A stretch of DNA of 63,266 bases, filler included. It is 11 parts of 11 records of this genome, joined end to end, with 100 filler letters (N's around TTAATTAATTAA, not from the genome) between each part and the next. Parts side by side here need not be neighbours in the genome. Positions count along the whole stretch, not along the records: positions 33,865 to 37,484 come from SRR15195285_253; positions 37,585 to 41,221 come from SRR15195285_254; positions 41,322 to 45,382 come from SRR15195285_255; positions 45,483 to 58,185 come from SRR15195285_256; 7 more parts are not named here. One strand, given 5' to 3'. The notes under the pieces were generated by a model. It had not been told where the DNA came from, did no database searches, and was given only the letters and a program-made list of their open reading frames with translations. Both the position numbers and the translations under genes were made by a program. Positions 34,512 through 45,713 of the stretch are shown here, piece by piece; positions within the stretch are counted from its first letter, which is position 1, and the number at the start of each line of letters is the position of its first letter.

Positions 34512-35755
34512 ATGCCGATCCCGACGAAGAAGCTGGGCAGCCTGGACGTGGAGCTGCCCGTGCTGGGCTTTGGCGGGGTCATCATCTGTGCGGACGAGGT
34601 GCGTGGGATCACGCGCAGCAGCCTGCCGCGAAACTTGCCTGAGCGCTGCGTGCTCCTCACCCCGCCCGGCGGTGCTCTGTGCGCAGTTCGGGGACCCAGC
34701 GTACTGCCGAGAGTTCGTGCAGAACGCGGTCAGCCGCGGCGCTACATACATCGACGTCGCGCCGGAGTATGGCGACGGTGTCTCGCAGGCTCGCCTCGGG
34801 CCGGCTCTGGAAGGTGCGCGGGACAAGTGCTTCCTCGCGTGCAAGACGATGTTCCGCGACGCGGAGGGGGCCAAGAAAGACCTCGCTATCTCACTGGAAG
34901 CGCTGAAAACCGACTACCTCGACTTGTACCAGTGCCACTCCGTAACAACCAAGGAGGACGTCGACGAGATCCTCGGGCCCGGCGGTTGCCTGGAGGTGTT
35001 CAAGCAGGCAAAGGCAGACGGCGTGATCAAGCACATCGGCTTCTCCGCGCATGATGAAGAACAAGCCCTGCGGCTGATCGAGACGGGGGAGTTCGAGACT
35101 GTTCTCTTCCCCCTGAACTTCATGGCGCACCGGCAGGGTGGGGTCGGTACGGACGTGCTGGCCGCGGCCAAGGCCAGGGGCATGGGAATTCTCGGCCTCA
35201 AGGCCTACGCGAAGTGCAGACTCAAGCCGGAGGACGGTGTGGTGGCGATGGACCTTGGAGGCGAGCTTGGGGCGCAGGTGGGCGACCCGGCCACCATCAA
35301 GCACATTCCGACAGGCATTCTCTCGACCTACAAGAAAGACTTCGCAGTGGTGTGCCACCCGAAGTACAAATGCTGGTACACCCCGGAGGACGATCCCGTC
35401 TACGCAGAGAAGCTGTTCAAATACGCGCACAGCCTTGGAGTGACCTCTGCCCTCGCCCCTGGCAACGCAGAGATGTGGGAGATGGGAATGAAGTGGGTCG
35501 AAGGAAAAGACGGCGTGGGGGCGTTCGATGAGGCTGACATTGCGGATCTCGAGGCAAGATACGACGGCCTCACCCCGATTTTCAACAAGTGGTGCGGAGC
35601 ACAACATGCACACCGCGGAGTTGCACCTCCGAAAGCCCTGCACGTACTGACTGGATGCTGATCTTGGCTGATTCTGGACTGCTTCGTGTTCACGCCTGTC
35701 TTGTAGGAATGATCACGGGAACAAAGTCAGCCATGCCGGACCTGCTGCCAAGTGA
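34512..35755 (+). CDS. Aldo/keto reductase; 3 exons
   Basis: 'LPVLGFGG', 'YIDVAPEYG', 'FLACKT', 'SLEALKTDYLDLYQCH', 'IKHIGFSAH', 'GMGILGLKA'. Introns 34599-34686 and 35592-35706. Confidence 0.9.
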
Positions 35756-38246
35756 TTGCGGCAGCTGCAGAACGACTGCAAGTAGTAGCACAGATGACAG
35801 AACCAGGTTGACGAGCTAAGTCTTCCCTGGTGTGTATCGTTGCGCACACCTTGTGGGCTAACAACAGAAAATCCGCGGTAGTGGTCCTGCCTCTCTTATC
35901 CGAATGCCACTGTGTCCAAGATCACGCTCGCTCGGTAGAGTTCGTGTGGCGCTTGTGTTCCAGGGGCGGAGTGCTCTGCTTCCCCAAAGGTTGGCTTTAC
36001 TGGCGTTCATTATTACGCCTCAATATTCATCATAATTTCTACAACTAGGGGCTGCCAGCAAACTGTCTCATGGTGATGAAGCTAGATTCCCCCACGCTCC
36101 TAGAGCCTCGACTGCAACGCGCGAACTCCGTGCCTGTCTTCGCTGAGGCACTCTCCGCGAAGATCAACGGGGCGCACACACGTCCGGCATCCAAAGCGAC
36201 AGGGGCTCTCGAAGGAGCCGCGGCACGCGCGTTGCCGATCTCGCTCAACGTGTCCGATTCCCGAAACGTCTCGTCCCGCGGTGCTAGCAGCTCGTGACAC
36301 GTCGGATCAGCTGGCGGCGTGTTGGGCAAGGACTTCGGCTCTACACCGGGCTGGCGTCGGTGCTCCTCTTTGGTGCGGCGCTCCGTGTTGATGAGCTGCT
36401 CCATCAGCTGCTGCTCTTGCCAGTAGCGCGACTGTGTGCATGCCATCGGCCTGGCGGTGGCGCCGGCCTTCTCGGCGAGCGTGTTGTCTGTGGCGTCCGT
36501 ACGCGCGTCTGCACACAGGCACCGCCGGGCGCAATGCGTCATTCGCGGAGCACAGCAGGCGTGGCATGTTGAGCCATCGGAGCGGGCGAGGGGCGGGACT
36601 TCTTCGCAACGAGGCGAACACGGCGCCGCACGCTAAAATCGCATCGCAGAGCAGCTGGCTGTGCCGTGGCAGCTGCAGCGGTGGCGTGGCAGCAGCGGTG
36701 CGCAGCTCGCACCGTGGCAGCAGTCCCCCCTCGTGCTCCGTCCGCGCTCCGCCTGTGTGACGCACTGCCTCAGCCCCTCCACACGCTCCTCACCGCCCAC
36801 CTCTCCCTGCCACATCCAAGCCCACCGCTCACCACCTCTCACCACGCCTACAAACACCCCAAAAACACCGCCGAGGTGACGTCGATGTTCAGGAAGACGG
36901 TCAGCAGGACCTTGATGAAGTCGTGCGACAAATAGTCAAAAAAAACCCGCAAATTCAGTACTGCCATCGGTGATATGAACATCATATTTATCACTAGTAC
37001 GGTGTATCACAGAGTACCATAATTCACCTGGGTGTATTCACTCGCAAACGGTGATTTTGACCAAATTCTTGCGGTGCCGGGTCGATCGAGAACTCGATTG
37101 GAAATGCTGTTCAGAATGCTGATGGAGCGATATGAAGATTGCAGTCAACTCGCTGTCCCGCGGAGCGCCGTGTTGAGATGACTGAGATTAGCCGACTTGG
37201 CGAAGCAAGCGTGGAATCCACGAAATCGCACCCGCAAAATCCCGTCCGTCGTTCGCGCTCGATACTACGGTAGCTAAATAGTACTAGTAGGCCAGGCGCA
37301 CAGGGCGAGCACGTTTGGTTCAGTCGTTCACCGCATATTTGAGTACAGCCCGGCGCCTGGTGCTGGGGACGCCGGCTCATGCGCCGGCTTGGTCCGGCTG
37401 CTGGTGAATATCGATTCCTGCTCACCAAGTCGTGTGGTGGATTCGCTTGGAAAATGGAGAACTCACTGAGAAATACAGTTGACTNNNNNNNNNNNNNNNN
37501 NNNNNNNNNNNNNNNNNNNNNNNNNNNNTTAATTAATTAANNNNNNNNNNNNNNNNNNNNNNNNNNNNNNNNNNNNNNNNNNNNTACTTGGACATGCTCA
37601 CGTGATCCGTCGCCTCTTCACTTTTCATGATCGGTCAAAATGCGACTTCAATACAACGCGCTGGCCGCCTAGACTCGATAGACACCATCGCATGGATACT
37701 CTAGATCTATGAACATTTAGTGCTACCGCGTACAGTACGCGTGCGCCGGGGCGATACTCGCTACGTACGGTAGTGAAGGCGCGATAGGATTCTCTCTGCC
37801 AGAGAAAGCGGCGGGGGCGGGTCCGTCGGCGTCGCCGCTACTCCTACCCATCGAATAGTGCCTTCAAGCGAGTGCTCACGCAGATAGCAACGGCGGGACT
37901 GGGGGGTCGGTGTCGTTTCGTTAGGACCAAAGCACTTGCATCGATATGATGCTTGTAGGGGTATAGCAGCCCTAGCCTGCACGCAAGAAGCGCCGCGCCT
38001 ACTTTTCATAGTAGAGGCAGCGCTGCGAAACATTCCGCAAACGCGATGGCTGTCAGAAATTTCGGTGGGTTCGGGCCACTTGAGCTGGATGCACTATCGG
38101 GCACTACTGGTGGCTGGGAACCGTGAAGCTATCCGGTACAGCACAGACAACAACCGCTAGCCGTTGAACAAATCCTAATCTCATTGTTTTTTCCTGCAGT
38201 CACTTGACAGTGCAGTTGGCAAATTTCTGCGTAGAATTACCCACAG

Positions 38247-41149
38247 CTACTGGGTTTGTTCGTGCAGCCTGCCATATCGCCCAAGGGCCCAGATCGGAAA
38301 TACGTTGCGGTAGGCAGTATATGTGATGCCGCAGGCACGGTTGAATACTCCTGTGATCCCCTCTTGTGGCCAGTCTGAACAACATCACCGTCATTGATTC
38401 AGGCAGTCTGCTGCGAGTAAGTGAGTGAGCGAGCAAGGGAAAGTCAATACCTCCTGACGGCAGCTGTCGCGCGCGCAGAAACTCAACGCCTCGGCGAAGG
38501 GCCGCCTTGTCAGTACATCCAGCGGCCATCAGTCCGAGCAGGGCCCAGGCAGTCTGCACCACAGCCGAGCCGTCCTATGCACAGTCGTGGAAGCCTTAGT
38601 TGCAATTTTGAATGTCACACTCTTGTGCGTGGCAGATGACAATCGTTGTGAGCCCACGGCCAAAATGCATGAAAACATGGGTCCCAAAATTGCACGAAAA
38701 CTGTGGCTAGACTGACCTGGCCGTAGTCATTAGCACCATGCGCCGCGTATATCTTGTCATAGCAAGACGAAAAGTCCTCCCCCCAGCCACCATTTTCGTT
38801 CTGATGTGCCAAAAGAAAGCGGACGCCACGCACGACCGCCGGTGCGTCGGAGGGCATACCTGCACTGGTGAGGCCTTCGAGGCCGAACCAGGAGGCGTAG
38901 GTGAAGCAGCATCCCCAACTGCCATACCAGCTGCCATCGGGTCGCTGCACTGACTCGATGAAATCTCGCCCTGCAGTGATGGCTCGCAAGATCTGTGCAA
39001 CGTTCATTGACGTCAACAGTCCGAGCAATTTGTGAGTGTTCAGTTCAATAGTGGAAGGCATGGCCTGCCATATTTGTCTTGATACTCGAAGAGTCGTCCA
39101 ATACAAATCAGCTACGGGACTGCGAGATATGGCTGTGATGCGCAACTCGCCTCATCTGGACGGTGTTCAGGAAATTTGTCATGGAACACCTTGAGAGCGC
39201 TGAGAGAAGCGCAGGTACACTCCACGTACGGGATATCAATCATTATGTCACCGAACGTCTCGGACGGGTTCAGCTGTGCAAAAGGCAATGTAATGATTGT
39301 AGGCAGCACCATGACCAGTAGGAGCAGATGGTTGGTAGTGCATACCATGCAGAAAACTAGCTCTGCGAGATGGACAAGGGGCAGTAGTTTGGCAGGAAGA
39401 AGGTTGCAAGGCGTACCAATTCATACCATGCATACCCACGGGTGTTCTCGTATGTAGCCCAACCACCACTGTCTGTGTTCTGTAGCGTAAGTAGTACCTG
39501 CTCCGTTTGTAGAATTCGTTAGAGCAAGTATCTTCGTAGTTGCCACTGCCTTGATGCTAAATTTGCAAGAGTAGAAGATACGTTCACAGCATCCTGCAAC
39601 CGCTCGTCAGAGATTTGCGGTAATCCTCTATCGTCTTCACTGGCTGCAGCCACAGAAAACACTTCTCTCAAAACAAATTATACTGGTCATGTTTGCAAGG
39701 CAATGAGCGCACCGGTCCGCATGCAGGCAAGCGACTGAAGCTCCAACACAGACTTCAACCCCTCGGCTGTGCAGTCCTGCAATCGTGACCACAGTAAACT
39801 TTCCATATTCATCTGACAACAAGACATTTAAACAGAGATGTGCTGCTTGGCGCACCGAAATTGGCCAGCCGTGTGCTGATGTACTGAATGGCCAGCCACC
39901 TTGGCTGACGTGCCGGTAGTACGTTTGCCGCATATTCGGCTCCTCGAAGCGGCAAGCAGGGGAGGTGCGCGACTTGTCCGTCGAGAGTATCTGGGTGCGC
40001 TCAAGGTAGCACCATACTGCCTCGGTCATTCGCGGAAGCTCCTCCGCTGCTCCAGCCTCGATCATCGCCTAAAGAAAAGCAGCATTAACAAAGCCAGTTG
40101 GCTGAGAAAAGGAGCAAGGAAACTGCAAACGGCATACAGCATCAGCCTGATGCGCAGCGCAGCTGCCCTTCTGGTGTGTCATTTTTCAACAGCGTGGTCG
40201 TCCGGTCATAGCATGGCATAATCATCCTACAGTATCTGAACCCACCTGGATCGCAAAGGATGTGTCCCTGTTGCTCCATGACAGACGGAAACGTGTTCGG
40301 TCAGAATGTCTTGACATTGCAGATAGAACTAGCGATTTGGAGAATCCTTAGCCCCGGGCAGGTAGTTTTGTCTCACCAGCACTGTGAGCCGTTGTAGCCT
40401 TGCATCTTCAGGCCATCCTCTGCCACCCACAGATAGTCGCTCACCCGTGCCACGTGTCGGCGAAACGACAGATGCTGCCGTGCTACCTCCCCTGCCTTGC
40501 TGCTAACGTCGCCGCCGGCTGACAACCAGGCACAGAGCAGGTGCATCGCCTTGTTCACTGGGCCAATGCATATGTAGTTCGTCTGTAGATCCTCCGCCTG
40601 GATATAGTCCTCTGCAAATGCGAGGCCACGCTTCCGCAGGCCTGTTGGGCCAGTCTCGCTTTCTCAGTACACACGTTCGAATCATTTGTGGAACAACGAT
40701 CATGCAGCTGTTGGTCGCGCACCGCAGCAGCTAAGCCAGCTCGGAAAGACTTCGTAATACGCGAGGAGGTTGTGGGCCATTCTCATGAAACCACCCACAG
40801 GTGTGTAGTTGTCTGTCGCACAGAACGGCGATCATCAACAACTTGCTCGCTCGCAGTCTGTCTCTTCCTCCTTTGCTTGCGCAACAGCAATTTTTGATTC
40901 TACTATTTGGGTCGACTCACCGATGTCGGCGACTGTATGTCGTGCACAGTCCCAATGAATCGATTCGTACCGAGTCCCCGGAACGTAAAGCTCCTCACGA
41001 AGTGCCGCAGTTGTTTTGTCGGTAGCTGCGCTTGGGTAAGCGAAGCGCCGGCTGTAAATGTATCCCATCGGCAAGTAGACCATACGACAGTGGCACCAGA
41101 GCCGGCCGGGGTGAAAGGGGAACCAATCCGGCAACAGCCACATCTCAAC
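38247..41149 (-). CDS. CAS1: 2,3-oxidosqualene cyclase with cycloartenol-synthase signature; 5'-truncated, intron-rich
   Basis: Spliced motifs '[16 protein letters not shown]', '[17 protein letters not shown]', '[21 protein letters not shown]', '[18 protein letters not shown]', QW repeats '[12 protein letters not shown]' and 'QNENGGWGE', and the end '[13 protein letters not shown]'. Includes a 22-nt exon at 40246-40267. Confidence 0.9.
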
Positions 41150-41494
41150 CTGACATGTCAAGGTGGTACGATTCAGAACAGCGCTACTAGAATTTGCTCG
41201 TGTGTGTGTGTGTGTGTGTGTNNNNNNNNNNNNNNNNNNNNNNNNNNNNNNNNNNNNNNNNNNNNTTAATTAATTAANNNNNNNNNNNNNNNNNNNNNNN
41301 NNNNNNNNNNNNNNNNNNNNNAGACAATTGATATATTCGATTGAATGTCTTAGGGATCCCTACTGCATGACTGAATCTTTTTGCAGTGAATCGAGGATAC
41401 TCGGTAGATCAGTTAGGTCTACACATTGGCGGCGGGCCGGCGGCGGTGGAGCCGACAACTGACCAAGGACTGTTCAATTTGAAATTTAGTATTT

Positions 41495-41546
41495 TGATAT
41501 AGGACATAAGGCCTTATGCCCTATAATTATCCTATGCCCTATATCA
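41495..41546. repeat. Nested palindrome/inverted repeat, possible transposon terminus
   Basis: 28-bp palindrome TATAGGACATAAGG|CCTTATGCCCTATA (41498-41525, 1 mismatch). TGATATAGGACATA (41495) is also inverted to TATGCCCTATATCA (41533-41546). Confidence 0.7.
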
Positions 41547-42619
41547 GTGGCGTACGTCTCGAGAACTACCCGGACCACACATGCATCGGCCCTCATCACC
41601 ATGAATAGGTCTAAAGATCCGGCGATGATAAGCCTAAGGCATGTGTCGCTAACACGACGACGCTACCAAAAGCTAAGGGAACGTATGGAGCGGCTCGCAC
41701 AACGCGAGCGACCACACCAGCAGCAACGTTTTGAGTGGTATGTGTGTGGGTGTGGGTGTGGGTGTGGGGACGTAATACCTCAAAATAATGCATGAATCAT
41801 TCGAGCCATTTCGGAATTCAAATTGTTTGCTTATAAAGCACAGCAAATTTCGCGAATGTGAATTGGAACTATGATCACGTCTTCCTCCTGTTACAGGGCC
41901 ACGAGGTGTCGCTTGCTCTGATCGATCAACTCGGAAGACCACGTGGCGCAAGGGGCAAGGCTGATTTGCAACCGCACGCTACAGCATCTGATTCACCACC
42001 GTAGAGAAACACTATCACATCATTGCGATATCGAACATGGCAAAGTAGTCGTAAAATTGCGTTAGTGAATGATGCTAGTGAATGACACGTTTTCCCATCG
42101 TCCACGACGCTTGAACTCTCATCGCTGGGAACTGGCCACGAATCAGCAAGGTTCCGGCAGCTGTCGTGGGCATAGCGTCGGGCGTAGCGTACATTCTGCC
42201 GTGCCTCCGGTGGGTGCGCAGGAGCATGTGGTACTGGAGCCGAGCGTAATGATGTCTCTGTTCTTTCTTACTGGTAGCTTTGCCCTGTCTGCCCCATCAC
42301 CACTGGCTGTACAGTGGAATTTGCACTCAAGATCGACAACATCGTCTGGACGCCACATTCAGGCACGCTTTCTACGTCACGTGGTCAATCTTATACTAGT
42401 ACAATCATGCTCCGTCCGCCTTCCGTGGTCTTCACTAGCTGGACGTCCGGAGCATAAATTTGGCATAGAATATCAAATCTGAGGCCCGCGGGACGGACGC
42501 CATGTAATCAAACGAGTCGAACGCTGAATCTGCGGGTAGCATCGGGCTCAGCTGCGCCAACACATGCACCACGAGCAGCGAAACGTTGTTGCTAGTACAC
42601 AACCTCCGGTCCCGTTGTG

Positions 42620-45262
42620 CTAGATCGGCATGACTGCGAGATCACTCTCGTCGTCCGACTTGAGTGCAGCGTTGCTGACACTAATGTTGCTATACGTGAC
42701 TGTCGAGTCCGTCGGGCACTCTCCGACGCACCGCGTTCCGTCCAGCCAGCTCATGAGTACCCAGCTCTTGCCCCACAGCTGGAAGGTCAGTACCATGCCC
42801 TGATTCAGTGCTGCACTCATCTTGGCGAGGTATGATCGAGTACCAGTAGCATTGAACGTGAACTTCGATCCGTCCTGCTCGACTGTGTTCTGAATCTCAA
42901 GCAAAACGTCTCCCGTTGTATCTACCACGAACGTCTGTGTGTGTGTGAACGGCCGCCGAGTGTCGATGGTACACGTTGCTGCAGGGCAAAGCGCGTCGCG
43001 TGGCGAGAATCCGGTGGGTGGGAAAGGGCCGGCACCATCGCACGAGCGAATATAGCCACCTGCGGCGTCTGAGCACGAGTGCGGCGTGACCTTCATCACA
43101 TGCTGATTCCCCTCGAGGGAATCCATCTCCCAGCAATCCACGCCCCACACCTTGTTGCTATCACAATAGTAATTGCCCTTCAATGACGGCGCTGGCCGAC
43201 CGTGGATGTCGTAGCCCGGCATGGCCACCCAGTACAAAGCTGCGTTGCAAGAGCAAGGTACGTGACTCAGATCAACCGTGTAGCGCAATGTCTTCCCCAG
43301 CAGACTGAAGTGAACATAGCTGTTTGAGTTCATCTCGCCATCGCGTGACACCCAGATCCGTGTGCCCTGTGGCGTAGAGTTGTTCGAGTAAGTGCCATGC
43401 GCCAGTGTGAGCGTGCGTCGATCCACAGAAATCTGCACAGTGCCTGCTGACTCAGCGAGGGCGACGATATGGTGTGATGTATCGATCCCGTTGACTGCGA
43501 CGATGAAAGTGCCCTGGTCGACGCTGGATGCAGCCGTGTTTGTGTCGTCATCTGTCTTGACCGTTTGCTGCGGTGTCTTCTGCGTCACGCTCCCATGCCA
43601 CGCGCTGACGTTGACGGTCACGCTAACGTGTTCGAACTCCCGCGTAAAGACCCCAAGACTCGCGTTGACGATTGTCATCGGACCCAGCGGCGCCCCCAGC
43701 GGCTCGTCATCTGATCACCACAGCATGTGCACGCAGCATCAAGCGTAGCTACGAGCGAATTTGGCAGAGGTGAGGTGGCGGCGGAGCCAGACGGGGACAG
43801 GAATTTGGGAGGCTTACACGCTTTGAACCACGGGAAGCTTGACTCCACTCCCATCCAGCCTGTGCCCATCGCGACGTACGAGTACTGCTCTGCTCCCACC
43901 AGGAACGCTGCTCGCACTATTCACACGCACATCAGCAGCGACTGAGTATTGCAACGGCAAACTTTTAAGCCACGGCACAGGTGCGTCATTGCTTCACTGC
44001 ACTCACAGAACTCAAAATTGGGATCCATCGCGTTCGCCACCTGCGTGTGAACCATCGTTGGGATGCCGGCTCTGGCGTAGTTTGCTGCAGTGAAAATATC
44101 ATCTGTGAACCACACATAGCAGCGCACAGAGTGTCGGATTCAGGTCGCAAAGCGCGGAACCAATGAGACCAAGCAGTCAGTTAAGACACAAGCAGCAGCT
44201 GTTGGTCGTCGTCGTCCAACTCATCCTTCTGTTTCGGCGGCGGCGGCGGCGGCAGCCTCACTCACCGATGCAACATCGCTCGCGGGACTTGCAGGCCGAG
44301 GCGAACTTGTCCTTAGCCGGGCAAAAGAATTCATTGAAGTACCATGCCTTGGTCTCCGCCAGCACCTGCGTCTGCGCTTTATGAAACGTCGGGTCGGGCC
44401 AGCGCTCTAGTGATTTGATCGACATGATCGCGTATTTCCCCTTGCTCGCGAGAAACCGCGTGATGTTCTGCATTGCGTTCACCCAGCAGGTCTTCGTCCT
44501 TGCCTTGCGGGCCGCCGAAATCTTGCAGCCCATGAAGTCGCTGCCGTCAAGCTCTTTCGGCATCACCCAACGGTCAACTTCGTCGAAGAAAACGCCGCCG
44601 AGCTGCGCGGATGGGTCAACGAAGGACGCCAGGATTGTGTCCTGATAGTAGCGGACCATGTCAGGCTTGCAGAGGTCGTAGATGGGGCCGCGGCCGCGGT
44701 CGGTGTCGGAGTAGCAAACCTTACCATCGTCGCCCGTGAACCACAGCGACTCGTGCTTCGAGGAGTTGAAGTCGTCCCACCACCAGCTGTAGTAGCCCGT
44801 GCAACAGCCGTAGAAGCCGGTGTAGGCGCCGACGAACGTGGATGGGTCAATCGCGTGCACCTTGGCCGCGTCGCTGGCAGTGCAGTTCTCGGTATTGGCG
44901 TAGCCCGGTTTGTTGTCCTTGCACCTGGCCCAGCCCTCGAACCCACTGCCCGTGCAGTTGCTCCAGGTGCACGCGGCGCCGGCCTTCGTGCACGCACCTG
45001 GGTACTGCTGGCCCTGCGTCCAGGTCACAGGGTACTTGGCCATCAGCTTGGCTGCGCCTGGGCTGAAGTCGGAGCTGCCCTGCCCCGAAGCCCACACGGG
45101 TAGTGACTTCCAGCTCCACGGCCACCACGGCTTCAGGCCGTCGCCACCGTCCGCACCGTCCGCCGGTAGCAGTTCGACGACGGGGCTGCTGCCTGTGCCC
45201 CCTGCCTGCATCGACGCGATGAGCAGCAACCGGCCGTGGAGTAGCAGCAGGCCAGGCTGCAT
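42620..45262 (-). CDS. Secreted two-enzyme glycoside hydrolase polyprotein: GH168/GHL15-like (putative fucanase) + GH7 (endoglucanase-type); 4 exons
   Basis: Signal peptide present. Introns 44265..44103, 44006..43917 and 43817..43711 keep frame. Module 1 reads 'WSWKSLP', 'GVFFDE', 'NEFF', 'AAFLVGAEQYSY..GTGW', 'YDEPLGAPLGP', 'FTREFEHVSV'. Module 2 has GH7 motifs 'TVDLSHVPCSCNAALY', 'YCDS', catalytic 'EMDSLEGN', 'TPHSC', 'IDTRRPF', 'GMVLTFQLW', 'MSWLD', 'VTYSNI'. Confidence 0.85.
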
Positions 45263-45713
45263 CCAGCCCGCACCCGTGTGGAGATGGGAGAGAGTGTGTG
45301 TGTCTGGTTACACTGGCATGTTACGGGTTGTATCATTATCATGTTCGAATTACCGCCCGTTCTGAGATCCGGGGTTTGGGCCNNNNNNNNNNNNNNNNNN
45401 NNNNNNNNNNNNNNNNNNNNNNNNNNTTAATTAATTAANNNNNNNNNNNNNNNNNNNNNNNNNNNNNNNNNNNNNNNNNNNNCAACGGTGGGACGATACT
45501 ACTAGTACGTAGTGGCCGCCTAGGAATTCCTCGGACGGACAGAGAGACGGACAGACAGAGAGACAGCGAGGGTGGCATCAACCGCTCCATGTGAGAGTGA
45601 TCAACTGGTGCAGAGACGGGCTCACCTGAGGCGCTCGCTGCGGCGAGTGGTGTGGGGGGCCCGCAGAGTGAGAAGGGAGGTGGGAGGGAGGAGGGGGCTG
45701 TGGCCGGTAGGAG

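Noticed and set aside
36045-36935. Possible minus-strand exons (EQQLMEQLINTERR..., YLSHDFIKVLLTVFLNIDV...)
   Set aside because: Codon usage looks coding, but I could not build a consistent spliced model or recognise a family.
41800-42619. Relic of a third module downstream of the terminal LKSDD
   Set aside because: The in-frame continuation stops after about 23 codons, and the other short ORFs show no recognisable domain.
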